A stretch of 64,000 nucleotides of DNA from the NCBI GenBank assembly GCA_964016885.1, contig OZ024745.1:96410001-96474000 (forward strand). The letters run 5' to 3'. This DNA comes from Eledone cirrhosa. Its lineage: Eukaryota. The translations under genes were made by a program, and so were the position numbers. Shown here in pieces: positions 16,799-28,824 of the stretch. Each line of letters opens with the position of its first letter. Positions within the stretch are counted from its first letter, which is position 1. The notes beneath the pieces are model-generated. The model searched no databases. It saw only the letters and a program-made list of their open reading frames with translations, and was not told the DNA's origin.

Positions 16799-18269
16799 GG
16801 GCGGTGGATTGGCAGTATCGGTAGAGGGTCGGACGCCATGCTTTCCAGCATAGTTACGTCCCTTTACGATCTGAGTTCAAATCCCGCCGAGGTTGACTTT
16901 GCCTTTCATCCTTACGGGGTCGATAAAATAAAGTACCAGTAATGCACTGGATAATTGCTGGCCTTGTGCCTAAAGTAGAAACAATTAAGTTACTGATACT
17001 TTATTTTATCGATCTCGTAAGAATGAAACGTAAATATTTGAACTCAGAATGTAAAGGGCCGTAACTCTATACCACGAAGCATGTTGTCTAACGCTCTACC
17101 GATACTGCTAATCCACCGCCCTGATTACTATGTTAATAATAATACTATTGATAAGATCACTGATCCATGTTCTCTCCTATTTCCCTCGTCCCTACAGAGC
17201 GGTTGAGTTTTCCTACGTCCTTACCAACTCACTTGTGTACTCGTATTAACATTATATGAGGCGGTGGATTGGCAGTATCGGTAGAGCGTCGGACACCATG
17301 CTTTGCAGCATAGAGTTACGCCTCTTTTCGGTCTGAGTTCAAATCCCACCGAAATTAACTTTGCCTTTCATCCTTACGAAATCAATAAAATAAAGTACCA
17401 GTAATGCACTGATATAATTGCTGGCCTTGTGCCAAAAGTAGAAACAGTTATTTTTCTGGTTCTTAATATTCCGAGTCCAAATCCCGCCGAGGTCAACGTT
17501 GCCTTTGATTCTTCCGAGGTCGATAAATAAAAGTACACTGGGGTCGTGCCAAAAGTAGAAACAATTCACATTATATGAGCTAAAGTAGGGCGGTGGGTTG
17601 GCAGTATCGGTAGAGGGTCGGTCGCCATGCTTTGCAGCATAGAGTTACGACCCTTTATGATCTGAGTTCAAACTGAGGTCAATTTAATCGACTTCTCCCT
17701 CCCCCTAAATTGCTGGCCTTGTGCCTATATAAGAAACCGTTATATGAGCTAAAGTAAGAAAATAATTGTTTCTACTTTAGGCACAAGGCCACCAATCACC
17801 CAGTACATTACTGGTACTTTATTTTATCGACCCAGTAAGGATGAAAGGCAAAGTCAACCTCGGCGGGATTAAGAAAATAATTGTTTCTACTATTGGTACA
17901 AGGCCAGCAATTACCCAGTATATTACTGGTACTTTATTTTATCGACCCCGTAAGGATAAAAGGCAAAGTTAACCTCGGCGGGATTTGAACTCAGAATGGC
18001 AAGGGCCTTAACTCTATGCGTCAAAGCATGGCGTCCGACCATCTACCGATACTGCCAATTCACCGCCTTTAAGAAAATAATTGTTTCTACTTTTAGCACA
18101 AGGCCAGCAATTACCCAGTACATTACTGGTACTTTATTTTATCGACCCCGTAAGGATAAAAGGCAAAGTTAACCTCGGCGGGATTTGAACTCAGAATGGC
18201 AAGGGCCTTAAATCTATGCGTCAAAGCATGGCGTCCGACCCTCTACCGATACTGCCAATTCACCGCCCT
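16799..18269. mobile_element. Cluster of about eight SINE copies or fragments in both orientations
   Basis: Plus copies near 16799, 17259, 17465 and 17588; minus copies near 16990-17122, 17767-17869, 17881-18068 and 18081-18268. Confidence 0.9.
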
Positions 18270-18603
18270 TAAGAAAATAATATAAGAAAATAATATGAAA
18301 ACTTAAATAACTGATGCGAAACCTAATGTTTTACTGGCGCAACAAGCAATAATCGGTTTCTGTATCAGACTTTAACAAAGCTTGTAGATTGTATACAGAG
18401 TAGCAAGAAATTCTCGGGAGAGCTACACGGCAGAATGACAGAGAAGACCCCATGGACGTGTTTTGGCTCCTAACTACTTACATACTAAGAGGGGGACGAC
18501 AGTTGCATCCAATTCATGACAGTTGCGAGAATTTCTGTCAACACCTTTTAACTAGTTGGCTATCGTTTACACACGCGCGCGCACACATACACACACACAG
18601 AAA

Positions 18604-18686
<83 letters not shown>

Positions 18687-18732
18687 CTGTGTGTAGCTAT
18701 ATTTATTTCGTTATTTCGGCTCGACACTACAA

Positions 18733-18789
<57 letters not shown>

Positions 18790-18815
18790 TAATACAATAA
18801 CAGAGATAGTTTAAA

Positions 18816-18880
<65 letters not shown>

Positions 18881-19090
18881 AGTGGTTACACAACAGTTAG
18901 TTCACCATACCGAGAACAATTGTTTCACCTTAGCGGATCCTCAGCTCGTAATGGACATGGTTATACGGAACAGGAAGGACACGTACGGTTGTCCTTCCTG
19001 TTCCGTATAACCATGTCCATTACGAGTTGAGGATCCGCTAAGGTGAAACAATTGTTCTCGGTATGGTCAACTAACTGTTGTGTAACCACT
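18881..19090. repeat. 210-bp near-perfect palindrome
   Basis: agtggttacacaacag...ctgttgtgtaaccact; arms of about 100 bp with about 2 mismatches around a short cgtacggt spacer. Confidence 0.95.
18905..18954 (-). ncRNA. Putative type I hammerhead ribozyme (short stem III)
   Basis: Minus strand reads ccattacgag-CUGAGGA-uccgcuaaggu-GAAAC-aauu-GUU-cucgguaugg; stem I is 4 bp + internal loop + 4 bp; loop 3 is palindromic; stem II is weak. Confidence 0.55.
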
Positions 19091-19211
19091 CCTACCTAAC
19101 TCGTCCCATGGACTGAGTGCTCTACCACTACGGATATTACCTTCCAGTGTTCTACCACTATATATATATATATGTGTGTGCATTGTAGCGTCGAGCCGAA
19201 ATAAATATGAT

Positions 19212-19275
<64 letters not shown>

Positions 19276-20287
19276 ATCATCATCATCCTCATCATCGACG
19301 TTTAACGTTGGTAGATAACGCATTTTATGTTCTTGGAATTTTAAATGAAAATTTCAGAATGTTTTTGATCGAGCATAGGGTTTATGTGATACACGGATAA
19401 ACATACTGTACAGATATTATATAGATATATAGATTTGCACCCCCCCCCCCCCTCCCCCCAAAAAAGTATTGACACTTAAGGTGATACAATGAGATATCAG
19501 TTATGAAACTTCACAATAACTTGGCAATTTGATTGATTTAACCCTTGCGAAGTGTCATAAATGGTGTATAATAAATAGTGTATGATTATTTGATCATGTT
19601 ATGTTTCATTACAGTAGTTTTGCAAATTACCTCAGTTTATATATTGGGTCATATAATGTTAATAAACCAATGAGTTGGTCAGAGATTTTTGAAATTCGTT
19701 AGAGTTAGAAAGCCTTTGGCCATAGGCCTGATGAATCAAAACTGACCTGAGTATAAGCAGTTAGATAAAAACAAAAACAACAACACAACAACAGCAGCAA
19801 CTAAAATGAATGATTCAACCTGGCATATGTTTAAGTATATGATTTAAGAAAGCAACATTTAAAGTAGACAACAAGCAATGATTTAAAGTAAAGAACTAAG
19901 GTTTATGAACAGATATAATGAACATGTGTGTCGGTCATACTGTATGAAATAATCCCTCAGGCGAACCGAGTCTATAACTTCCGATTGTAGCTACATCAAT
20001 TACTTCGTTAATGCCTCGGGGAATGTATTAACATAACAACTCTCGTTCGTCTAATTTTTCTATAACTTGAAGTCAATGCAGTTGATCATCTTTTGTTGAA
20101 TATACATGATTACGAAAGGTCAAACAAGAAAATATATTCACCACCCTAGTGTGTGCTTTAACTAGATATTTATCCTTTTTTATACGTATATCCATGAATG
20201 TATGATATATTCTCTAGTAAATAATCTAAATAAACACCTACATCAAGGACATAAACCTATCATATTATTACTTTATTATTAGCAAGA

Positions 20288-20965
20288 GGGCGGTGGATTG
20301 GTAGTATCGGTAGAGGGTCGGAAAACACGTTTCACAGCATAGAGTTACGGCAAAATATGTTCTGAGTTCAAATCCCGCCGAGGTTAACTTTGCCTTTTAT
20401 CCTTACGGGGTCGATAAAATAAAGCACCAGTAATGCACTGGGATAATTTCTGGCTTTGTGCCAAAAGTAGAAACAATTATTAGTAGAGGCAAGAATTGGT
20501 AGTATCGATAGAACGTCGAACAGAATAATTTGCAATAATTTATTACCTTCTTAATTAAAATCTCACCGAGGTCAACTTTGCTCTTCCTCCTTCTAGGGTC
20601 GATAAAATAAAGTACTGGTTAGGTACTGAGTCGATTTAATCTAGTCTCCCCCTCTCCAAATTACTGGCCTTGTGCCTATAGTAGAAATCCTTATGAGCAT
20701 TGTCAAGGGTGGGAAACTGGCAGAGTCGTTAGAGCGTTGGAAAAACGTCGTCTCTATTTAGTTGCGTTATTTTTCCTTGTGGATTGGCAGTATCGGTAGA
20801 GAGTCGGACGCTATGCTTTCCAGCATAGTTACGTCCTCCATTTACGGTCTGAGTTCAAATCCCGCCGAGGTTAACTTTGCCTTTCATCCTTACGAGGTCG
20901 ATAAAATAAAGTACCAGTAATGCACTGGGTAATTGATGGCCTTGTGCCAAAAGTAGAAACAGTTA
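20288..20965 (+). mobile_element. Cluster of SINE copies (young at 20288-20478 and 20778-20965, older between)
   Basis: Family matches of differing divergence. Confidence 0.85.
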
Positions 20966-21271
20966 TTTTTCTTCTGAGTTCAAATACCGACAATATCGAA
21001 GTTAACTTTCTTCCTTCCAGGTAGCTGATAAGTTAAGTAACAGTAATGTGCTAAGGTCAATAGATTGACCTTAGCATTGCTTCCAGGTTTATTAGCCTTA
21101 TGGCTAAGTTAGACATCCTTAGTAGCAAAAACAAGGAGGACACAGAGTAGATATATAGTTACGTGGCTTCATGTTGTCAAAATCTAGTGTGATCGATTTT
21201 TACCTATCGTTTCTTACATTCTTACTGAGATATGGACAGTATAATATCTATTATACACACACAAAGACAAA

Positions 21272-21402
<131 letters not shown>

Positions 21403-21576
21403 TTATATGTATGTATTTATGTATATATGTAAGCATGTATCTTTGGATGGAGCTCTGTATGTATCTGGAAACATACACACACTAATATGTATATATATAT
21501 ATGTGTGTTTGTGAATGTGTATGCATGAATGTATATATATAGAGATACACACACACAAATACACAAATATCTATGA

Positions 21577-21625
<49 letters not shown>

Positions 21626-21637
21626 ATATATATATAT

Positions 21638-22930
21638 CATCATCATCATCATCATCGTTTAACGTCCATGTTCCACGCTTGCATGGGTTTGGACGGGAGT
21701 TTTCCCACTTGAGGCAAGAGTGGTTGTCTTGCTCGCATAGGACTGTCTGGCGGGTTTTCTACAGCTGGATGCCCTTCCTAACACCAACCACATTTACAGT
21801 GTGGGACTGGGAGGATTTTACCGTGTTGCCTACACGACCACGTTACAGCGTGGACTGTGTGTTTATTTTGTCGTGACACCTACACGATCTCATTTGTTTC
21901 GGCCTGGATGTTGTGGCACCAACGTAACTTTACATTGAAAGGGGCGGTGTGGATGGCGTGGGGGTGGTGTGACGGGGGCGTATTTTGTTAGAGATGCCTA
22001 CTGACTGTAGTAGGTTTACTTTGTATTTAGGCAATGCGGGTCTTCTCTATTACTGAGTACTGCCAAAGATCTCGGTCCAGTGACATTGTCTTGGAGAGGT
22101 GTAAGTGTGTGAGGTCGGAATTTATCAGGTCGTCCCAGATTTTTCTGGGTCTGCCTACTCCGTGGCTACCGTCTATCTTTATTGCCCTGCACTTTTTTAT
22201 ACAGCTGTCGTCTTTCATGCGCATCACGTGACCATACCAACGTAGCCTTCTCTCGAGTAAACAACATCTGATCCCTCTTATTTCTAATTTTTCCCTTAGT
22301 TCGTTTATGCTTTGCCGTTCACGTATATTACTATTACACATCCAGGGGAGCATGCAAGCTTCGTTCCTCTCTAGTCTGCGTATATCCTCTGCACACAATG
22401 CCCAGGTCTCACTGCCATGCAATATTGCTGTTCGTATGCAGGCATCATACAACCTGCCTTTCATTTTTAGGGAGAACCCTTTAGCGGCCAATAGTGGTAT
22501 AAGCTATCTGAACTTTTTTCAATCCAGTTCTGACTCTAGCTACTGTACTTTCAGAGCACCCTCCCCCACTGCTGATTTTGTCACCCAGGTAACGGAAGCT
22601 GTCCACTATTTCTATAGAACCCTCTGCGCAATTGAAAGAGCTAGTATTTTGTGGGCACTTGCTGCTACTTATTGCACCAGAGCACTGGCCACATGTAAAA
22701 TCTATATTCCTAGTTAGCTTACCTATGATCCCACTACATCTTTTATGCACCCATACTTTGCATTTGGGACATAAAATGGAGTTTCTACCTACGCCTTTCC
22801 TACACACTGAGCATGGCCATTTCCCGGAAGGGACCGGCGCCTTATTTTCTTTCCTACAAACTAGAACTTAAGTCTTAGCCAGGTTAATTTTCAGGCCTTT
22901 TGATTCTAGGCCGTGCTTCCATGTTTGGAA
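21638..22930 (-). mobile_element. 5'-truncated RTE-clade LINE with a PHD-finger insertion; frameshifted
   Basis: GLKINLAKT, CSVC..CPKC..WVHKRC..CGQC, FRYLGD, LHGSETWAL, RRLRWYGHVMRM, GRPRKIW; 3' UTR ending in a (GAT)n tail. Confidence 0.85.
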
Positions 22931-23066
22931 TTTCTCTCTCTCGCTATATATATATAATGCAAATTTATACGGGAACAAAACAGAGAGACAGACAAATAAA
23001 GGTTTATACACGAATAGACACAAGTATATACATATATATGTGCGTAAATATGTATATATCTATGTG

Positions 23067-23172
<106 letters not shown>

Positions 23173-23490
23173 TATTATGCATATGTGTCTGTGTGTCTTC
23201 ATTATTACTTCATCTTCTACCATTACATATTAAGTGAAACATGTTTTCACGCAAAATGTTTCAGCATGAAAACAGAAACAACAACAACGACAACTCCACC
23301 ACCACCACAACAACAACACCACCACCACCACCACCACCACCACAACAACAACAACAACAACGACGACGACGACGAAGACGACGGCGACACCGAAACAACA
23401 ACATCTACAAAAACAACTAATTGAAATCAATGAAAACAAACAATATAAAACAAAAAAAAATTGTAAAACACACTCACACGCGCGCACGCG

Positions 23491-23530
<40 letters not shown>

Positions 23531-23832
23531 ATGACTAAAGGAAAACAGCAATCACTCTATAAGATAAAAATGTAAGTAAAAGAAAGGAAGTTATTCCACC
23601 TGAGAATTATTCATTAGGGACGCTAACTTGATATTCACAGAGAGAATATTTTTCTGTTCATGTATTAATCGCTAACAATTACTGAGCAATTCATTGAGAT
23701 ACATTCGTTAAGATAACACTTACACTTTCATCAGTCATTCGTAGATATACGTTCAGAGTGCCATGGTGATACCAGCTTAACTCTCTCTCTTTCTATATAT
23801 ATATATATATATATTTATATATGTATGCATGC

Positions 23833-23916
<84 letters not shown>

Positions 23917-23957
23917 ATATATACATATATATATATATGTATATAAATATATATATG

Positions 23958-23995
<38 letters not shown>

Positions 23996-24001
23996 AATAT
24001 A

Positions 24002-24050
<49 letters not shown>

Positions 24051-24078
24051 GTATATAAATATATATATATATACATAC

Positions 24079-24128
<50 letters not shown>

Positions 24129-24172
24129 GTATACATATATATATATATATATACGTATATAAATATATATAT

Positions 24173-24209
<37 letters not shown>

Positions 24210-24469
24210 TATAAATATATATATGTATATATATATACATATTTATATAAATGTATATATATATATACATTTATATATATATGTATATATATATATAATC
24301 TGAAATATATATATATACATATATATATATGTATATATATATATGTATATATATATATATTTCAGATAAAGAATCTTGCTAAACAAATTCAGAAACGAAA
24401 TATATATATATACATATATATATTTATATATACATACATACATGTATAAATATATATATATTTTTTTCC

Positions 24470-24505
<36 letters not shown>

Positions 24506-24879
24506 AATAAAAAGAAATATGCTTACACACATACATACATATATGTCTATGTACACGTAGATTCATACGTATACGTATACACACACACATATGCACGTGA
24601 CTGTATGTGTATCTCCTGGTATATACACACATATATACGTATATGTACATCATATATGTATATATATGTATGTGTGTAATGACATACGCTCACACACACG
24701 CTTACACACATGTATATAGGTAATATACATATATATATACATGTATGTATATGTATATATAAATATGTACCCAAACATACAAATGTATATACACACACAC
24801 GGAAAAAAAAAAAAAATGTTATGTTCTACAATATGTACATGCATGTATGTTCAAATGTTTCAGCACACACACACGCGCA

Positions 24880-25018
<139 letters not shown>

Positions 25019-25395
25019 TTATGTATATATAATATATGTGTGTATGTGTGTGTGTGTGTCTATTTGTGTATATTCTTCTGGTTTTATAATTTCACAAAGT
25101 TTTACCAATAGAGAGAGAGTCGGTTTCTAACATAGACACAAGATTCTCTCATTGGAATTTACACATCAACTAGGTAGATATGTATTCATGTCTGCATGTG
25201 CAGGTATAGATGTTATTGTATGTGTGGATGTGGATGTGTATATGCTTTGTATCTGTTCATGTGTATATGCAGTTATTAGATGCAACACTTTTAGAATGTT
25301 TTACATATTTTTACTGTTCCATTAATGGATTGTACTTGTAATTTCCTATGTATGTATATATGTATGTATGTATGTTTGTGTACACATGTATACAT

Positions 25396-25444
<49 letters not shown>

Positions 25445-25451
<7 letters not shown>

Positions 25452-26031
25452 CAGGTTTAGCAAATAATGAAAAAGTTGGCACATTGGCATATGGTTGGAC
25501 AATACATGTGTCCCTTAGCGCCTTGTGCGTGTAGGAACACATATCCTATTATTACTTTTTTCCTCTATGTTGAGAAAAATATTTGGTCGTTCCGACTGCT
25601 GCTAGTGATAGTGGTGGCCGATTGACCTACCTCCCTCTGCCTCTATCTTTACTTCGGCCCTTGAAAAAATTGATTCCACTTCATTTACTCTCATCTCGGG
25701 GGGAACAGTTTTGGATAGCGCTAGTTCGTAATTTAAATTCAAGAATTTTATATTCTTCGAATGAAAAGAACCTTCTGACGAGAATCTTTCTTTGCAACGA
25801 AGGCCGTATGGTCTCCGTTTATTTTTGAGATTCGAAACCGATTCGGTAAAGGTAAGTAAAGTCAATTTTTTAAAATTTATTTTGAAACTTTTTCATTATT
25901 TGCTAAACCTGATTATATATGTTCTGGCTCGTTAATTTATTAACCTGCCATTGAACCACATTGGCATATGGTTGGACAATACATGTGTCCCTTAGCGCTT
26001 TGTGCGTGTAGGAACACATATCCTATTATTA
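25445..26031 (+). mobile_element. Hammerhead-containing non-coding element with PLE pLTR/retrozyme architecture
   Basis: ~75-bp direct repeat at 25480 and 25957 (period 477); 25445-25477 is an inverted copy of 25886-25918; hammerhead inside. Confidence 0.75.
25770..25853 (+). ncRNA. Type I hammerhead ribozyme with canonical core and extended stem II
   Basis: accuu-CUGACGA-gaaucuu...gagauuc-GAAA-ccg-auu-cg-GUA-aaggu; stems I, II and III all pair; predicted cleavage after 25848. Confidence 0.85.
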
Positions 26032-26042
26032 TATATATATAT

Positions 26043-26231
26043 AGGGCGGTGGATTGGCAGTATCGGTAGAGGGTCAGACACCATGCTTTCCAGCATAGTT
26101 ACGTCCCTTTACGATCTGAGTTCAAATCCCGCCGAGGTTGACTTTGCCTTTCATCCTTACGAGGTCGATAAAATAAAGTACCAGTAATGCACTGGAATAA
26201 TTGATGGCCTTGTGCCAAAAGTAGAAACAAT
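26043..26231 (+). mobile_element. tRNA-derived SINE (main family) in (TA)n
   Basis: Full family match. Confidence 0.9.
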
Positions 26232-26264
26232 TATATATATATATATATATATATATACAGATAT

Positions 26265-26299
<35 letters not shown>

Positions 26300-26401
26300 C
26301 ATACAGATATGTGTGTATGTGTGCATGTGTCATTCAGATTGATTGAATATGCATAGTAGGTAAGCTTGTATATATACATATGTATGTATGTATGTATATG
26401 A

Positions 26402-26862
26402 CAAGGTGTGATGTCATAAACTTGTCGGAACTCCATGCCAGGCTTTTTGAGTGGTTTATCCCTCTATGGTCTGTGTTTTACGCCTCAAGTATCCATGCAC
26501 AACTTTTTCTATAAATTGGTCAATTTTTTTTATCTTGTTTGAACATTGAATAGGATCTTCCGATTTCTCTGGGTGAGAGATTTATATCAGGCTTTATTCC
26601 ATATCTCTCCTCCAGATCAGTCGCTATTCTAATGATATTTTTTTTTTCATGCTCATAAACCTGGGCAAGATGGTTGCCAACCTTTTTCCTCTGTTGAAGG
26701 TGTTGCTTCATTGTTACTATCCGGGTCTCATATGTTGTTAATATTGATTTTAGACCCCGGCCACCTTCCTTGCGTGAGAAGTATAGCCTATCCACATCAC
26801 CATTGATGTTAAAGTTCCCAGTAACACTGAGAAGTTTTCGAGTTCTAACATCCATCTCACTT
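26402..26862 (-). mobile_element. Internal fragment of the R4/Dong-like LINE (near copy of 27655-28115)
   Basis: About 460 bp with few substitutions; bounded by (TATG)n on both sides. Confidence 0.9.
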
Positions 26863-26914
26863 TATGTATGTATGTATGTATGTATGTATGTATGTATGTA
26901 TGTATGTATGTATG

Positions 26915-28563
26915 TTATCTCTTTCTCTTAATTTCGAGTATATTTTTTTGACCGGCCACCTTCCTGGTGGCAAGGTTGTAAAAGAAAAGAAATTGTCATC
27001 CCTTGAATCGCAAGAATGTTTTGCAAATTTTGAAGGTGCCAGCTATCGCAGCCATTTGTAGACTATGAATTAGGGAGCTGCGCTTTTTGTCCGCAAATCC
27101 AAGTTCAGTCATACTTTGGTCCAAGCGGGTTGGTATATAACCCGTAGCTCCAATAATGATGTGTATGAAGCTAAAGGTGTATCTTGGATACTGGATTTGT
27201 AAACTCCTCATCAATGGTCCGTAGATGTCCTCCTTCTCCTGTATTTTTCTGACAACGTTTACATCAAGTGGGCAGCTGATCTCCACAACAGAACACGTTT
27301 TCAATGTGTGGTCTCAAACAACAATATCAGGCCAGTTGTGCTTTAATTTGGTGGCAGTTTTTATTTTCAGGTTCCACCAGTATTCCTTAGTGCCATCTGT
27401 CTCAATATATTCTTCCTCGTTTGTTGTTAATTTTGTTTTCCGAAGTGCGTTCCAGATGGTTCTAGCTATCCCATCGTGTCTCATGGGGAGGTAGTAGTGA
27501 GATGACATTCTTTCGCAGCTGGCAACAATGTGGCCTACATCCTCGATCTTTGTTTTACATAGCCTACATTTATTGTCAGCTGCTGGCCCTCCTCTTTTGT
27601 GCAGCAGATATTTGGTAGGGAGTTCTTGTTCCTGTATTGTATAGAGATATCCCTCAAGGTGTGATGTCATAAACTTGTCGGAACTCCATGCCAGGCTTTT
27701 TGAGTGGTTTATCCCCTCTATGGTCAGTGTTTTACGCCTCAAGTATCCATGCACAACTTTTTCTGTAAATTGGTCAATTTTATTTTCTTGTTTGAACATT
27801 GAATAGGATCTTCCGATTTCTCTGGGTGAGAGATTTATATCAGGCTTTATTCCATATCTCTCCTCCAGATCAATCGCTATTCTAATGATATTTGTTTTTT
27901 CATGCTCATAAACCTGGGCAAGATGGTTGCCAACCTTTTTCCTCTGTTGAAGGTGTTGCTTCAGTGTTACTATCCGGGTCTCATATGTTGTTAATATTGA
28001 TTTTAGACCCCGGCCACCTTCCTTGCGTGAGAAGTATAACCTATCCACATCACCATTGATGTTAAGGTTCCCAGTAACACTGAGAAGTTTTCGAGTTCTA
28101 ACATCCATCTCACTTAGTTCTTGCAATGACCAGTTCAGCAGGCCAAATGTTGGCGTTAGAATTGGCACAGCATAAGTATTGTGGGCAATGTATTTGTTGT
28201 ATGCTGACAGTTCTGATGACAATATTTTCTTTACTCTTCTGAGGTATTCAGTTCTGGTTCTCTCCTTATTTATGGGTCCATCATATCTGACATTCTCATC
28301 CTGTCCAAGATATCTGTAGTTGTCACCTGACTGCAGAGGTTGTATTGTCAGGCCGTTCATCTCTAGATTTCTAGAGGAGGGCACAGCTCTTCCACGTTTT
28401 ATTGCCAAATATGCACACTTGGACTCACCAAATTTCATTTTGATGTCGGTTGAAAATTGTGTAATGAGGTCCAATTGTTTCTTGATGTCATTGATATTTG
28501 GCCCATACAACTTCAGGTCATCAACAAAGAAAAGATGGGAGATACTTCTGGGCCCACTTCTTT
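26915..28563 (-). mobile_element. 5'-truncated R4/Dong-like non-LTR retrotransposon (RT end, CCHC, restriction-like endonuclease)
   Basis: SHLFFVDDLKLY, YRYLG, CRLCKTKIEDVGHIVASC, RHDGIA, PDIVV..EISCP..K..EK..Y; one in-frame stop near 27314. Confidence 0.85.
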
Positions 28564-28824
28564 GTATGTATATATGTATATATGTATGTACGTACATATG
28601 TATATATGTATGTATATACGTATGTATGTAGTATCTATGTATGTACTATGTACGTATGTAAGTATGTATGTACGTGTTTGTATGTATGGATGTATGTATA
28701 TGTAAGTATGTAAGTATATATGTACGTATGTATGTACGTATGCACGTATGTAAGTATGTATGTACGTATGTTTGTATGTATGTATATGTAAGTATGTAAG
28801 TATATAAATATGTATATATGTATG

